Positions 46,174 to 55,172 of a stretch of 59,588 nucleotides of DNA are shown here, piece by piece (position 1 is the stretch's first letter; every line of letters starts with the position of its first letter). The position numbers were made by a program, and so were the translations under genes. The notes under the pieces are model-generated. The model was not told the DNA's origin and ran no database searches. It worked only from the letters and a program-made list of their open reading frames with translations. Origin of the DNA: an uncultured Gammaproteobacteria bacterium (GTDB lineage: Bacteria; Patescibacteriota; Microgenomatia; UBA8517); the NCBI GenBank assembly GCA_964541395.1, contig CAZIPM010000001.1, positions 69,833 through 129,420 on the forward strand. The letters run 5' to 3'.

Positions 46174-47423
46174 TTGTTTATTGTTTCCCAATTTCCTTCT
46201 ACATACATAGGACTGTGAGTTTGGTTTGTGGGTTTACCTGTCTTGTAAAAGTCACCATCCTCAACGTTTATAATGCCTCCATCCATCATATAATCCGCTT
46301 CTTTATCTTCAACTGTGGCTCTGAAACCTAATTTATACCTACCTTTTGCCAGGGGAAATTTTGAAAATTCAAACACAAACTTACCCTTAGCCTTACAAGT
46401 TTTGAGAACCTTGTCGTTAAATGACAAATAAGACAAAAATAAAGGAAGATCCATATCATTCCTCACCGCGAAACCAAAGTCCACATTTTTTTGTTCAGTT
46501 CCTGAAGGACAAATATATTTAAATACAAATCTTAATCCGTCCCCACTTTTTAGAAAGCTTGTTTTATTTTTATTGGCATCTTCAACCCAGAATTGGGTAA
46601 TTCTCAATTTTCCACTTCCCGTTCTAGGTTTGTCTTTCATTTCTTTATCTGGTTCCTCCGGAACATAATTCGACATATATTTGGAGATTATTTTTCGCGG
46701 TTTACCAACGGCTACAAGTTTGCCTTCCTCCAGTAATGCAACTCTGTCACACAAGAAATCGACAGCGGAGAGATTATGACTTACAAATACTACAGTGGTA
46801 CCTTCTTTTCTGGCAATTTCTTGCATTTTTCGTAGTGACTTTCTTTGAAATGATAAATCCCCAACAGCTAAAACTTCATCCAGAAGAAGAATTTCTGGAT
46901 CCAGATGTGCGGCAACAGAAAAAGCTAATCTGACTTGCATTCCACTGGAATATCTTTTAACGGGGATATCCAAAAACTTGCCTATTTCAGAAAATTGAAC
47001 AATTGTAGAAAACTTCTTTTCAATCTCTTTTCTGGTCATGCCTAATATGGCGCCATTTAAATATATGTTTTCTCGACCTGTTAACTCAGTATGAAAACCT
47101 GTTCCAACCTCAAGCATGGTAGCAATTCGCCCTCTAACTGTCACAGTTCCTTTAGTTGGTGAAACAATTCTTGACAAAATTTTAAGAAGTGTTGATTTGC
47201 CTGCTCCATTTCTGCCAATAATCCCCATAACTTCACCTTCTTTGATATCCAAATTTATATTATCGAGTGCCCAGAACTTTTCCTTTTTCTGTTTTTTAAA
47301 AATTTTACTTAAAAGCTCTTTTGGAGTTTCTGCAATTAAATCTCTCAGTGTATTATGTTGATAAGCTGAACCTAGCATAAATTCTTTACCTATCTTATTA
47401 ATACTAATTGCTGGATATTTCAT
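46170..47423 (-). CDS. wzt: Polysaccharide ABC exporter ATP-binding subunit with C-terminal Wzt_C domain
   Basis: FWAL, GRNGAGKSTLLK, ELTGRENI, YSSGM..RLAF, LLLDEVLAVGD, VSH; ~170-aa C-terminal beta-rich extension. Confidence 0.92.
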   Translation of the reverse strand: MKYPAISINKIGKEFMLGSAYQHNTLRDLIAETPKELLSKIFKKQKKEKFWALDNINLDIKEGEVMGIIGRNGAGKSTLLKILSRIVSPTKGTVTVRGRIATMLEVGTGFHTELTGRENIYLNGAILGMTRKEIEKKFSTIVQFSEIGKFLDIPVKRYSSGMQVRLAFSVAAHLDPEILLLDEVLAVGDLSFQRKSLRKMQEIARKEGTTVVFVSHNLSAVDFLCDRVALLEEGKLVAVGKPRKIISKYMSNYVPEEPDKEMKDKPRTGSGKLRITQFWVEDANKNKTSFLKSGDGLRFVFKYICPSGTEQKNVDFGFAVRNDMDLPLFLSYLSFNDKVLKTCKAKGKFVFEFSKFPLAKGRYKLGFRATVEDKEADYMMDGGIINVEDGDFYKTGKPTNQTHSPMYVEGNWETINK

Positions 47424-47430
47424 ATTATTT

Positions 47431-48264
47431 TTACAATATATCTACAAATGTATCTTCTTGGGACCTGAAATAATAAAAACCAACTAAAAAAATAATAATT
47501 GCAAACAGAAACGAAAAAAGTAAAATATTCCATTCCATTGGTCTTGTTCCAAAAAATGCCGATCTGGATACCTCAATCGCTTCAGCAATTGGATTAAAAA
47601 TTCTTATAATTGCCGAGCTTCCACCGAACATACTGGTTGGGTAAATAACAGGGGTTGCAAACATGCCTATTTGAATAAAAAAAGGTAGAATATACCTGAT
47701 ATCCCTAAATCTGGCATTAATAGGAGCTAAAAACATTCCCGCACCCAAAGATGTAATAAGTATCAAAAGTAGAAGAAAAGGTAATAACAGTATTGTTGAT
47801 AACATAGGTGTTACTTTATAATAAAAAAGTAGACAAAAAAGAAGGACTATGGTTGGTATTAAATCAACAATATGTGCAAAAGTTGAGGAGATAGGAGCCA
47901 TAATTCTGGGAAAATAAACCTTTTTAAGTATGTTCTCATTTGAAGTTAAACTGTTGGCTGAGCTATTGATTGTTGCAGAAAAGAAATTCCAAAACATAAG
48001 TCCTATAAAAACAAATATTGGGTATGGTATTTTATCTGAGGGAATACTTGCGAAATTTCCAAATATGATAGTAAAGACCACGGTTGAAACAAGAGGTTGA
48101 AGAATTATCCAAAGAATCCCCAAGACTGTTTGTTTATACCTAACTTTTATGTCTCTCCAAGTAAGATAATAAAATAAATCTATACTTTCACTTATTTCCT
48201 TCCAGTTTATATGAAATGGGTTACTTTTAGGTTTAATAATAATTATATTTTTTGTTTTAGCCAT
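47431..48264 (-). CDS. wzm: Polysaccharide ABC exporter permease
   Basis: RDIKVRYKQT.LG..W..LQP, KKVYFPR, FRD, TPVIYP, NP, F.DIL. Confidence 0.92.
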   Translation of the reverse strand: MAKTKNIIIIKPKSNPFHINWKEISESIDLFYYLTWRDIKVRYKQTVLGILWIILQPLVSTVVFTIIFGNFASIPSDKIPYPIFVFIGLMFWNFFSATINSSANSLTSNENILKKVYFPRIMAPISSTFAHIVDLIPTIVLLFCLLFYYKVTPMLSTILLLPFLLLLILITSLGAGMFLAPINARFRDIRYILPFFIQIGMFATPVIYPTSMFGGSSAIIRIFNPIAEAIEVSRSAFFGTRPMEWNILLFSFLFAIIIFLVGFYYFRSQEDTFVDIL

Positions 48265-48349
48265 AATCGATGATCGGAAGTGATTTTATAATATTTTAAA
48301 CTTCTTTGACAGGGTCATGATATTAATTTTGTTATATAATCAATATCAA

Positions 48350-49831
48350 ATGATGTTATTCCCAAATTATTTAACTTTCTCCGACGGTGCAAAATTTGCA
48401 TTAATCGCTAGAAATATTACAATTGGAAATGGATTTACAACTAATTTTTCATTTTGGGGCACCAGTTTATTTTCCACTGACGGAATCCCTGCATTGATTC
48501 CTTATTTATTAAGTCTATTTATGAAGATATTTAATGTTAATAATTTTGCAGTAATTGCATTTTCTTTTACTTTTTATATGCTATTAATTGTTGGTACATA
48601 TCTTCTTGGAAAGAAACTATTTAACAATTTAACGGGGCTTTTGTCTGCATTGGCATTGGTTACGAATATTAATTATTTGGATTATGCAACCAGTGGAGCT
48701 TCAGAAACTCTTTTTGCTTTTGAAATTGTTTTTGCGCTTTTTTTTCTTAGTTTCAAAAAGTTATGGGTTAATGGATTTGGCTTTCTGACTTTGGGGTTAA
48801 TGTATTTCAGCAAACCTCAAGCATTTATTTTTATGGCTGGAATATTTCTTTTTTGGTTAGTAAATAAATTTGGATTTAAAAAGGGATTTATTTCATTCTT
48901 TGGCTTTGGAATTATAGGGATAATAGTTGATAAATATATAATCTATCCCTTATCTTTTAGATATCCATTGACTCCAGTCTTTATCCGGGGTCTTCAGTCA
49001 ATACTTACTTATTCAAGTTTTAGTGCTATTTCGGATGGATTACGAGGGGCTACAAATACTACATTATCAATGTCAGATGTGATAAAAAAAGTTTTTTACA
49101 ATCTTTACAATTTCTATAAAGCACTACCAGCAATTGGTAACCCTTATTTGTGGGCATTATTCTTTGTTGGACTTTTTGTTAAATCAAAAAATAAAATGCA
49201 ATTCACTTTTAAAGTTTCAAGTATATTTATGGTTATTACGACATTTTTAGTTACAGCACTTACAATTCCATTTTACAGATATCTCCACCCGGTAATTCCC
49301 TTGGTTTATATAATTGCCGTTGCAACATTGGTAAATATCATTGAATCATTGTCTATTAAAAAATTTGCAACAATTATTTCAACGTTCTTGCTTTTGATTT
49401 TTACAGTCGGTCAAACGTTAGGACATTATATTCTTGATTCCAGATTTGAAGCCAAAAGAATCAATTCAGATAAACCACCAGTTTACGCAGCTCTCTCCTT
49501 TAAACTGAAAGAAATTACTGATCCTGACGATTTGATTTTAACCAACTTGGATACTTGGGGAAGTTGGTATGGCGAACGGAAAACAGTTTGGTTCCCATTA
49601 ACCCCACAGATGTTTTTGGATTCAAAACACGACTTTGATGTTATATATTTAACGTCCTATAAAATAGATGATGAGAATTATTATATGGGTAAAGAGTGGC
49701 GTGAGATTTTTGAAAATCCCAAGGCACAAAAAATATTAATCAATTATGAACTTGTAGGAGAATACACTTTCCAAGCTTCAGAAAACCATGAGAAAGAAAA
49801 TGCCAGAGCTATTCTTTTACGTAAAAAATAA
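48350..49831 (+). CDS. ArnT-like GT-C membrane glycosyltransferase
   Basis: SDGAKFA.IARN, SE, KP, RYLHP; many TM; TATAAT 9 nt before ATG 48350. Confidence 0.75.
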   Translation: MMLFPNYLTFSDGAKFALIARNITIGNGFTTNFSFWGTSLFSTDGIPALIPYLLSLFMKIFNVNNFAVIAFSFTFYMLLIVGTYLLGKKLFNNLTGLLSALALVTNINYLDYATSGASETLFAFEIVFALFFLSFKKLWVNGFGFLTLGLMYFSKPQAFIFMAGIFLFWLVNKFGFKKGFISFFGFGIIGIIVDKYIIYPLSFRYPLTPVFIRGLQSILTYSSFSAISDGLRGATNTTLSMSDVIKKVFYNLYNFYKALPAIGNPYLWALFFVGLFVKSKNKMQFTFKVSSIFMVITTFLVTALTIPFYRYLHPVIPLVYIIAVATLVNIIESLSIKKFATIISTFLLLIFTVGQTLGHYILDSRFEAKRINSDKPPVYAALSFKLKEITDPDDLILTNLDTWGSWYGERKTVWFPLTPQMFLDSKHDFDVIYLTSYKIDDENYYMGKEWREIFENPKAQKILINYELVGEYTFQASENHEKENARAILLRKK

Positions 49832-49846
49832 GTAGAATAGAAGTCA

Positions 49847-51130
49847 GTGAAAGCATACTACCTTAAAGCTAAAAATCTCGTTCTTTCATCTACCGCCAAA
49901 GACACATATATTTTGTTTGGTGGAAATGTGCTTTCAGCTTTTTTGGGATTTGTTTACACGCTTCTAGTTGCCAGATCACTATCTGTTTCAGATTTTGGTA
50001 TTTTTTCTGCGGCTGTAAATTTGGTGATTATACTTACTTCATTAACTGATTTGGGTATATCAACAGGTGTTACTAGTTTTATTGCAGAACATGAATCAAA
50101 AAATGAAAAAATAAGTGTTTTAAAATATATAAAAACTGGCACAATTATTCGGTTGGGAGTAACTTTCTTGGTAGTTTTACCGGTCTTGTTATATCCTAAG
50201 TTTGTTGCAGATAAATTATTGGCCGGAGGAGCGGCTTCTGTTTCTATCTGGACAGCCTTGGTTACACTTTCATTGGCTATACCGATGCTTTTCCCGTTCA
50301 TTCTTCAGGCTAAAAAGCAATTTGTAAGATCCATAATGGCTGATAACGCCCTTTTCTTTAGCAGGTTGATATTCGCGTTAATATTTATGTATCTTTTTAC
50401 ATTGACCACTAATTCATCAATGTTGTCCTACGTTCTGGGTGGCTTCGTTGGGACTGTCTGCTGTTTTGTTTTTATTAAACCAAGTTTTTTTAAAGTAAAA
50501 ATAGAACCGGAAATATACACAAAATTACTTAAATTCTCGGGCTGGTTGGGTGTTAATCGTATAATTTCATCAATCTCTGGAAGACTAGATATTCAAATGC
50601 TGGCAATTTTAGCTGGTGCATCTGCAACAGGACTTTATTCAATACCCTCAAGACTTGCAGGTTTTGTAGTTGTCTTAACTTCGAGTTTTTCAGGTGTATT
50701 AGCACCGCGCTTTGCCGGATTTCAAAATAAAGATTTAGAAAGAAAATATTTAGTAAAAGCCACATTGGCTTTAATTCCTATAATAGCTGGACTTATATTG
50801 TGGATTATTATAGCTAGGCCGTTTATTTTGATTTTATTTGGAGAAAAATATCTGGAAGCTGTGCCAATTTTTCAAGCCTTAACTGCATCAATGATACCTT
50901 TTGTACTAACCGCTCCTTCGGTTACCGCAATTATTTATTCGATGAAAAAAACAGTTTTTATAGGTGCATATAGTTTTTTTCAATTAGCGGCAATATTTCT
51001 TTTAAATTTAGTTTTTATTCCCAAATATGGTCCAATTGGTCCGACACTTACATTTGGCATAACAAATACTATTTTGGCTTTATATACTTGGTTCATAGTC
51101 ATAAACCATTATTGGATTAAAAAAACATAA
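49847..51130 (+). CDS. wzx: Wzx-like oligosaccharide flippase (MOP superfamily)
   Basis: ARSLSVSDFG, DLGI, RLD..ML, GLYS, LFGEKY..A, LN..FIPKYG.IG; about 12 TM. Confidence 0.85.
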   Translation: MKAYYLKAKNLVLSSTAKDTYILFGGNVLSAFLGFVYTLLVARSLSVSDFGIFSAAVNLVIILTSLTDLGISTGVTSFIAEHESKNEKISVLKYIKTGTIIRLGVTFLVVLPVLLYPKFVADKLLAGGAASVSIWTALVTLSLAIPMLFPFILQAKKQFVRSIMADNALFFSRLIFALIFMYLFTLTTNSSMLSYVLGGFVGTVCCFVFIKPSFFKVKIEPEIYTKLLKFSGWLGVNRIISSISGRLDIQMLAILAGASATGLYSIPSRLAGFVVVLTSSFSGVLAPRFAGFQNKDLERKYLVKATLALIPIIAGLILWIIIARPFILILFGEKYLEAVPIFQALTASMIPFVLTAPSVTAIIYSMKKTVFIGAYSFFQLAAIFLLNLVFIPKYGPIGPTLTFGITNTILALYTWFIVINHYWIKKT

Positions 51131-51143
51131 CTTAAAAACATAC

Positions 51144-52970
51144 TTATTGTTTAAAGTAGCTTTCCAGCCACAATTCAAACATCAATAAATTCCACTTTTT
51201 AGGTTCGGTGTCAATTACTATTTTTTCAGGATTTATAAAGTTATTTATTAATGACTTTTTGGATATCACTTTACTTTCAAAATACTTATTCAGATTACCT
51301 TTGAACCACTCCTCTAAAGGAATTGTAAAACCTACCTTTGGTCTATACAGATTTTCCTTTGGAACTATATTTTCCAATGCCTTTTTAAATATGTATTTAG
51401 TTTCACTACCACGAATCTTTAAATTAAAAGGTATTTTACAGGCCAACTCAACCATTTTTTGATCTAAAAGAGGAGATCTTGCTTCTAAGGAATATCGCAT
51501 GCTGGCAATATCCATTTTAGTAAGAAGTTGATCTGGCAGAAAATACATCAGATCAAATTTTAATCCTGCATCTTTAATATCTTTGCCATGGAAATTTTTA
51601 AAAGTATTTCTAACATATTTATATAAATTATTAGAAGACATAGTTTTATTTAAATCCCCCTTTGACATACTTAGAATCTCCGGGAGTGAAAATACGTGAT
51701 TATAAGATGCAAAGCGTTCAAATAGAGGCAATTTTGATTTATCCAAGAATTTACTGACCTTTTTAATTTTCAAAGCACTTAATGGGCGTAATGTTGAAAT
51801 CCATTTTGCATAATCCACATCACGTTTTAATCTAAGGTACCTGTTTGGGTAACCTGCAAAGTTTTCATCTCCACCGTCTCCGTTAAGAATTACTTTGACA
51901 TACTTACTGGCTTCTTTTGAAATCAGGAATGAGACAATTGCACTATTGTCTGAAAAAGGTTCCTCATATTGATAGGCAATCTCCGGAAGTTTTAAAACTG
52001 AAGTGGGTTTGGCTAGGATTTCTGTATGATCCGTCTTGTATTTTTTGACGATCAAATCTGCATATTTTTTTTCACTATATTTTTGGTTTTCAAAAATTAC
52101 TGTAAAGGTTTTGATTTTTTCTTTGGAATTAAGTGCCATCATTGCAACCACAGCGCTGCTGTCTACTCCTCCCGATAAAAATGCCCCCAATGGTACATCT
52201 GAAATCATCCGCAATTTTGTAGATTCCTCCAATGTCTCTAAAATTTTAGTTGACCATTGTTTTTGGGTCAGATTTAATTTTTGTCTGTATCTGGGTTTCC
52301 AGTAGCATTTTTTAATAAATGATTTTCTTGGAATATTTATCTGAATAAAATGACCTGGTTCAAGTTTTTTAACATTATCAAATCCCGTTAGTGGAGCTGG
52401 CACATATCCGTATAAAAAATATTTCTGAATAGCAAGCTGGTCAGGGGTAACTTTAACCTCAGGTTGTGTCAGGATTGCCTTCAATTCTGAAGCAAAAATA
52501 AAAACACTGCTGTTAAAAAAATACTTAAGAGGTTTTTTACCTAGTCTGTCGCGTGCTAAAAACAAAGTTTTATCGTGAGTATCGTAGATAGCAAAGGCAA
52601 ACATTCCTCGTAAATATTTTAAACATCTGGATTTGTATTTATGGTAAAGAGCCAGGATTACTTCAGTGTCGGAAGTCGAATTAAAATGGAACCCTTCTCG
52701 CATAAGTTTTTCCCTCTCTGTCTTAAAGTTATATATTTCATTATTTGAGACCAATATATAACGATTAAGGTATGTCATGGGTTGATTGCTGTTTTTAGAA
52801 AGATCTATTATTGCAAGACGGTTGTGACCAAAACCTAATTTTTTATCATCGGATATATAAAAACCTGTTGAATCGGGACCCCGGTGCTCCAATTTGGAAG
52901 TCATCCTACTCAGCTGATAATGAGTCACCTCCTGATTATTAAAGTATACTTTACCTGAAATTCCACACAT
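51144..52970 (-). CDS. asnB: Asparagine synthase (glutamine-hydrolysing)-family amidotransferase
   Basis: MCGI (Ntn Cys, fixes start at 52970), HRGPD, RLAIIDL, SDTEV, ARDRLGKKPL, SDVPLGAFLSGGVDSS, GDGGDE, KMD..SM..SLEARSP. Confidence 0.9.
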   Translation of the reverse strand: MCGISGKVYFNNQEVTHYQLSRMTSKLEHRGPDSTGFYISDDKKLGFGHNRLAIIDLSKNSNQPMTYLNRYILVSNNEIYNFKTEREKLMREGFHFNSTSDTEVILALYHKYKSRCLKYLRGMFAFAIYDTHDKTLFLARDRLGKKPLKYFFNSSVFIFASELKAILTQPEVKVTPDQLAIQKYFLYGYVPAPLTGFDNVKKLEPGHFIQINIPRKSFIKKCYWKPRYRQKLNLTQKQWSTKILETLEESTKLRMISDVPLGAFLSGGVDSSAVVAMMALNSKEKIKTFTVIFENQKYSEKKYADLIVKKYKTDHTEILAKPTSVLKLPEIAYQYEEPFSDNSAIVSFLISKEASKYVKVILNGDGGDENFAGYPNRYLRLKRDVDYAKWISTLRPLSALKIKKVSKFLDKSKLPLFERFASYNHVFSLPEILSMSKGDLNKTMSSNNLYKYVRNTFKNFHGKDIKDAGLKFDLMYFLPDQLLTKMDIASMRYSLEARSPLLDQKMVELACKIPFNLKIRGSETKYIFKKALENIVPKENLYRPKVGFTIPLEEWFKGNLNKYFESKVISKKSLINNFINPEKIVIDTEPKKWNLLMFELWLESYFKQ

Positions 52971-53023
52971 ATTTTTAAGCCAACATGTGTAATTTAAACT
53001 TTTTGATTGTAAAATAAAAGTAG

Positions 53024-53860
53024 ATGAAAATATCAGGACATACACTTTTTAAAAATGAAGAGAAGTGGTTGTGGTTTGCCGTTTCTTCAGTGATAAATTA
53101 TGTGGATAAACTCTTACTTTGGGATACCGGAAGTACGGATAATTCCTGGAAGATTGCCCAAGAGTTAAAGGAATTATATCCGGATAAAATTAGTTTAAGA
53201 CAATACGGTGAAGTTACCACAGAAACTTTCTCTAAAGCCCGTCAGGAGATGCTTGACGAAACTGATTCTGAATGGTTTCTGGTTGTCGATGGGGATGAGA
53301 TCTGGTGGGAAGAAAGTATAGCAAAAGTAACTGCATCAATTAAAAAAGGATTGGCAAATAAATCAGAATCAGTTGTAGTTCCAACAATTAATTTGATAGG
53401 AGATATCTTCCATTTTCAGGAGAAAGAAGCCGGCAGGTATAGATTTGGCAAGCTGTTTGGTCATTACAATTTACGAGCAGTTAAGAAAGACATTCCTGGG
53501 CTTCACTCAGAAGGAGTACATGGTATCTGGGGTTGGGCTGATGAAAACAACAATCAAATTCAGAACAGAAATACATTTAATTTTATAGAAACTCCGTATT
53601 TGCATACAACCTTTTTACCAAGAGGGGAGAGTAGGGAAGCTGATCTTAAAGTGCCTAAAAGAGGTAAAAAATTGAAATATGAATTAGGAGAGACATTACC
53701 TTTAGATTATTATTTTCCGGAAGTGTTGTTTAAAGCAAAACCAGAATTTATTCCCTCTCCATGGCAATCTAGAACTACTGATTATAAAATTAGATCAATA
53801 TTGGAGTTGCCGCTTAAAAAAATCAAAAGGAGGATCTTAAATGACAGGATTGGTTACTAA
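53024..53860 (+). CDS. GT2 glycosyltransferase
   Basis: KNEE, WDTGSTD, ARQEML, WFLVVDGDE, YLH. Confidence 0.85.
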   Translation: MKISGHTLFKNEEKWLWFAVSSVINYVDKLLLWDTGSTDNSWKIAQELKELYPDKISLRQYGEVTTETFSKARQEMLDETDSEWFLVVDGDEIWWEESIAKVTASIKKGLANKSESVVVPTINLIGDIFHFQEKEAGRYRFGKLFGHYNLRAVKKDIPGLHSEGVHGIWGWADENNNQIQNRNTFNFIETPYLHTTFLPRGESREADLKVPKRGKKLKYELGETLPLDYYFPEVLFKAKPEFIPSPWQSRTTDYKIRSILELPLKKIKRRILNDRIGY

Positions 53861-55172
53861 AGCCTGTTATATTCTGTTTGGTACTCACCCACTTTTTGTA
53901 AGTTTAATATATTTTTTATTTTTAAGCGGCATTTTTATTATTGCAAAAAAAATTAAACACAAGGAAATATTTTTGTTCATCGTCTCAATTCTTCCTGCCG
54001 TCCTTTTTGCTTTAAGGTTAATACTAAACGATTTCTTTTTATCAGACGATTTTGATCATTTTGTTTTGGTTACGAAATATTCATACCTTGAAATACTAAT
54101 TAAGGGTTTTTTGGCAGACAATCTTTGGGCATTTCATAGGCTGTTTACAGCTTTTTTGGCATTTAAGTTTGTTTTTTCTATTTTCGGCGCAAATTATTAT
54201 GTTTTTGTAGTGGTGAACCTGTTATTGCACATAGTCAATTCGTATCTTTTATTCGTACTTTTAAAGAAGTTTATTAAAGATATTTATATTGTATTTGTTT
54301 CTATATTTATCTACAGCACCTTTTATTTAACATGGATTTCCAATATTCATGAACTCTTAGCTGCATTTTTCTTTTTAAGCACCACACTTATCGCTTTCAA
54401 AATACTATTTGAGAAAGGGAAAAATAATAAAAGATTGCAATTATTATCACTAGTTACTTATATACTTGGAATTTATTCGAAAGAGATTGTCTTTATTTTC
54501 CCTTTTTGTTTCTCATTATTATTAATCTTTTACAACAACTACCGAAAAAAAATTAATATTATCCAATCAATATTAAGCCTCAAAGCGTATTTCGTTATCT
54601 CATTTATTTACTTAGCTGTGTTTGTGTACGATTTTGGAAAATTTTCAAATTTTGAATCAAATTCAGGTTATGATACTGTATTTAAGTTTTCAAATGTTAT
54701 TGATCATCTTGTCTTTTATATAAATGACCGCCTTCCTATATTTTCCGGAACAATTGGGTTAGTTATCTTTATACTTTTAATACTTTTTTTTGATATATAC
54801 CGCAAAAAAGCTATACTGACACCTCTTTTTTTATCATTTTTAGCTCTTATATTTCCGGTTTTGTTTTTGAGTAAGGCCACTGCGTACTATGGATTCCTTC
54901 CCTTTATATTCATCATTATTGGTACTGCAGTGATATTTGAAACATCAAAGTTAAAAAATATTATATTTGTTATCTTTGCTTCCATGTCTCTAGTGTTTGT
55001 ATTTAGACATAATATTCCAACTCAGGAAAATTGCTTTTTGATTCAATATCCCAGAATTCACCCAAGAAAGCAAGCAGTTGAAGATCTACTTAAAGGCAGT
55101 CCAAACCAAAGCGATGAAGCCCGTTGGGTAAAAGAAAACAATTATTTAAAATATTTTAATCAATCTAAATGA
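53841..55172 (+). CDS. Polytopic membrane protein, probable GT-C glycosyltransferase
   Basis: FLSDDF, NLLLH..N, WISNIHE, YSKE. Confidence 0.7.
   Translation: MTGLVTKACYILFGTHPLFVSLIYFLFLSGIFIIAKKIKHKEIFLFIVSILPAVLFALRLILNDFFLSDDFDHFVLVTKYSYLEILIKGFLADNLWAFHRLFTAFLAFKFVFSIFGANYYVFVVVNLLLHIVNSYLLFVLLKKFIKDIYIVFVSIFIYSTFYLTWISNIHELLAAFFFLSTTLIAFKILFEKGKNNKRLQLLSLVTYILGIYSKEIVFIFPFCFSLLLIFYNNYRKKINIIQSILSLKAYFVISFIYLAVFVYDFGKFSNFESNSGYDTVFKFSNVIDHLVFYINDRLPIFSGTIGLVIFILLILFFDIYRKKAILTPLFLSFLALIFPVLFLSKATAYYGFLPFIFIIIGTAVIFETSKLKNIIFVIFASMSLVFVFRHNIPTQENCFLIQYPRIHPRKQAVEDLLKGSPNQSDEARWVKENNYLKYFNQSK

Noticed and set aside
15181-47400. Central region looks more AT-rich than the flanks (possible acquired island)
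   Set aside because: Visual impression only; no integrase, transposase, tRNA or boundary repeats seen. Needs a sliding GC/codon-usage calculation.
48306-48340. TTGACA upstream of TATAAT before gene 48350
   Set aside because: Spacer is 23 nt, too long for one sigma70 promoter; only the -10 is counted.
310-52305. About 35 short or antisense ORFs in the track nested in longer genes (e.g. 5394-5858, 12931-13410, 32153-32560, 49954-50301)
   Set aside because: Fully overlapped by well-supported genes and carry no recognisable motifs; treated as shadow ORFs.
52971-53045. Extended N-termini in the ORF track (asnB 53045; also 25595, 38368, 27355, 14061, 31746, 46191)
   Set aside because: They overlap neighbours or precede the family-typical N-terminus (e.g. 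MCGI must be terminal); shorter starts used.
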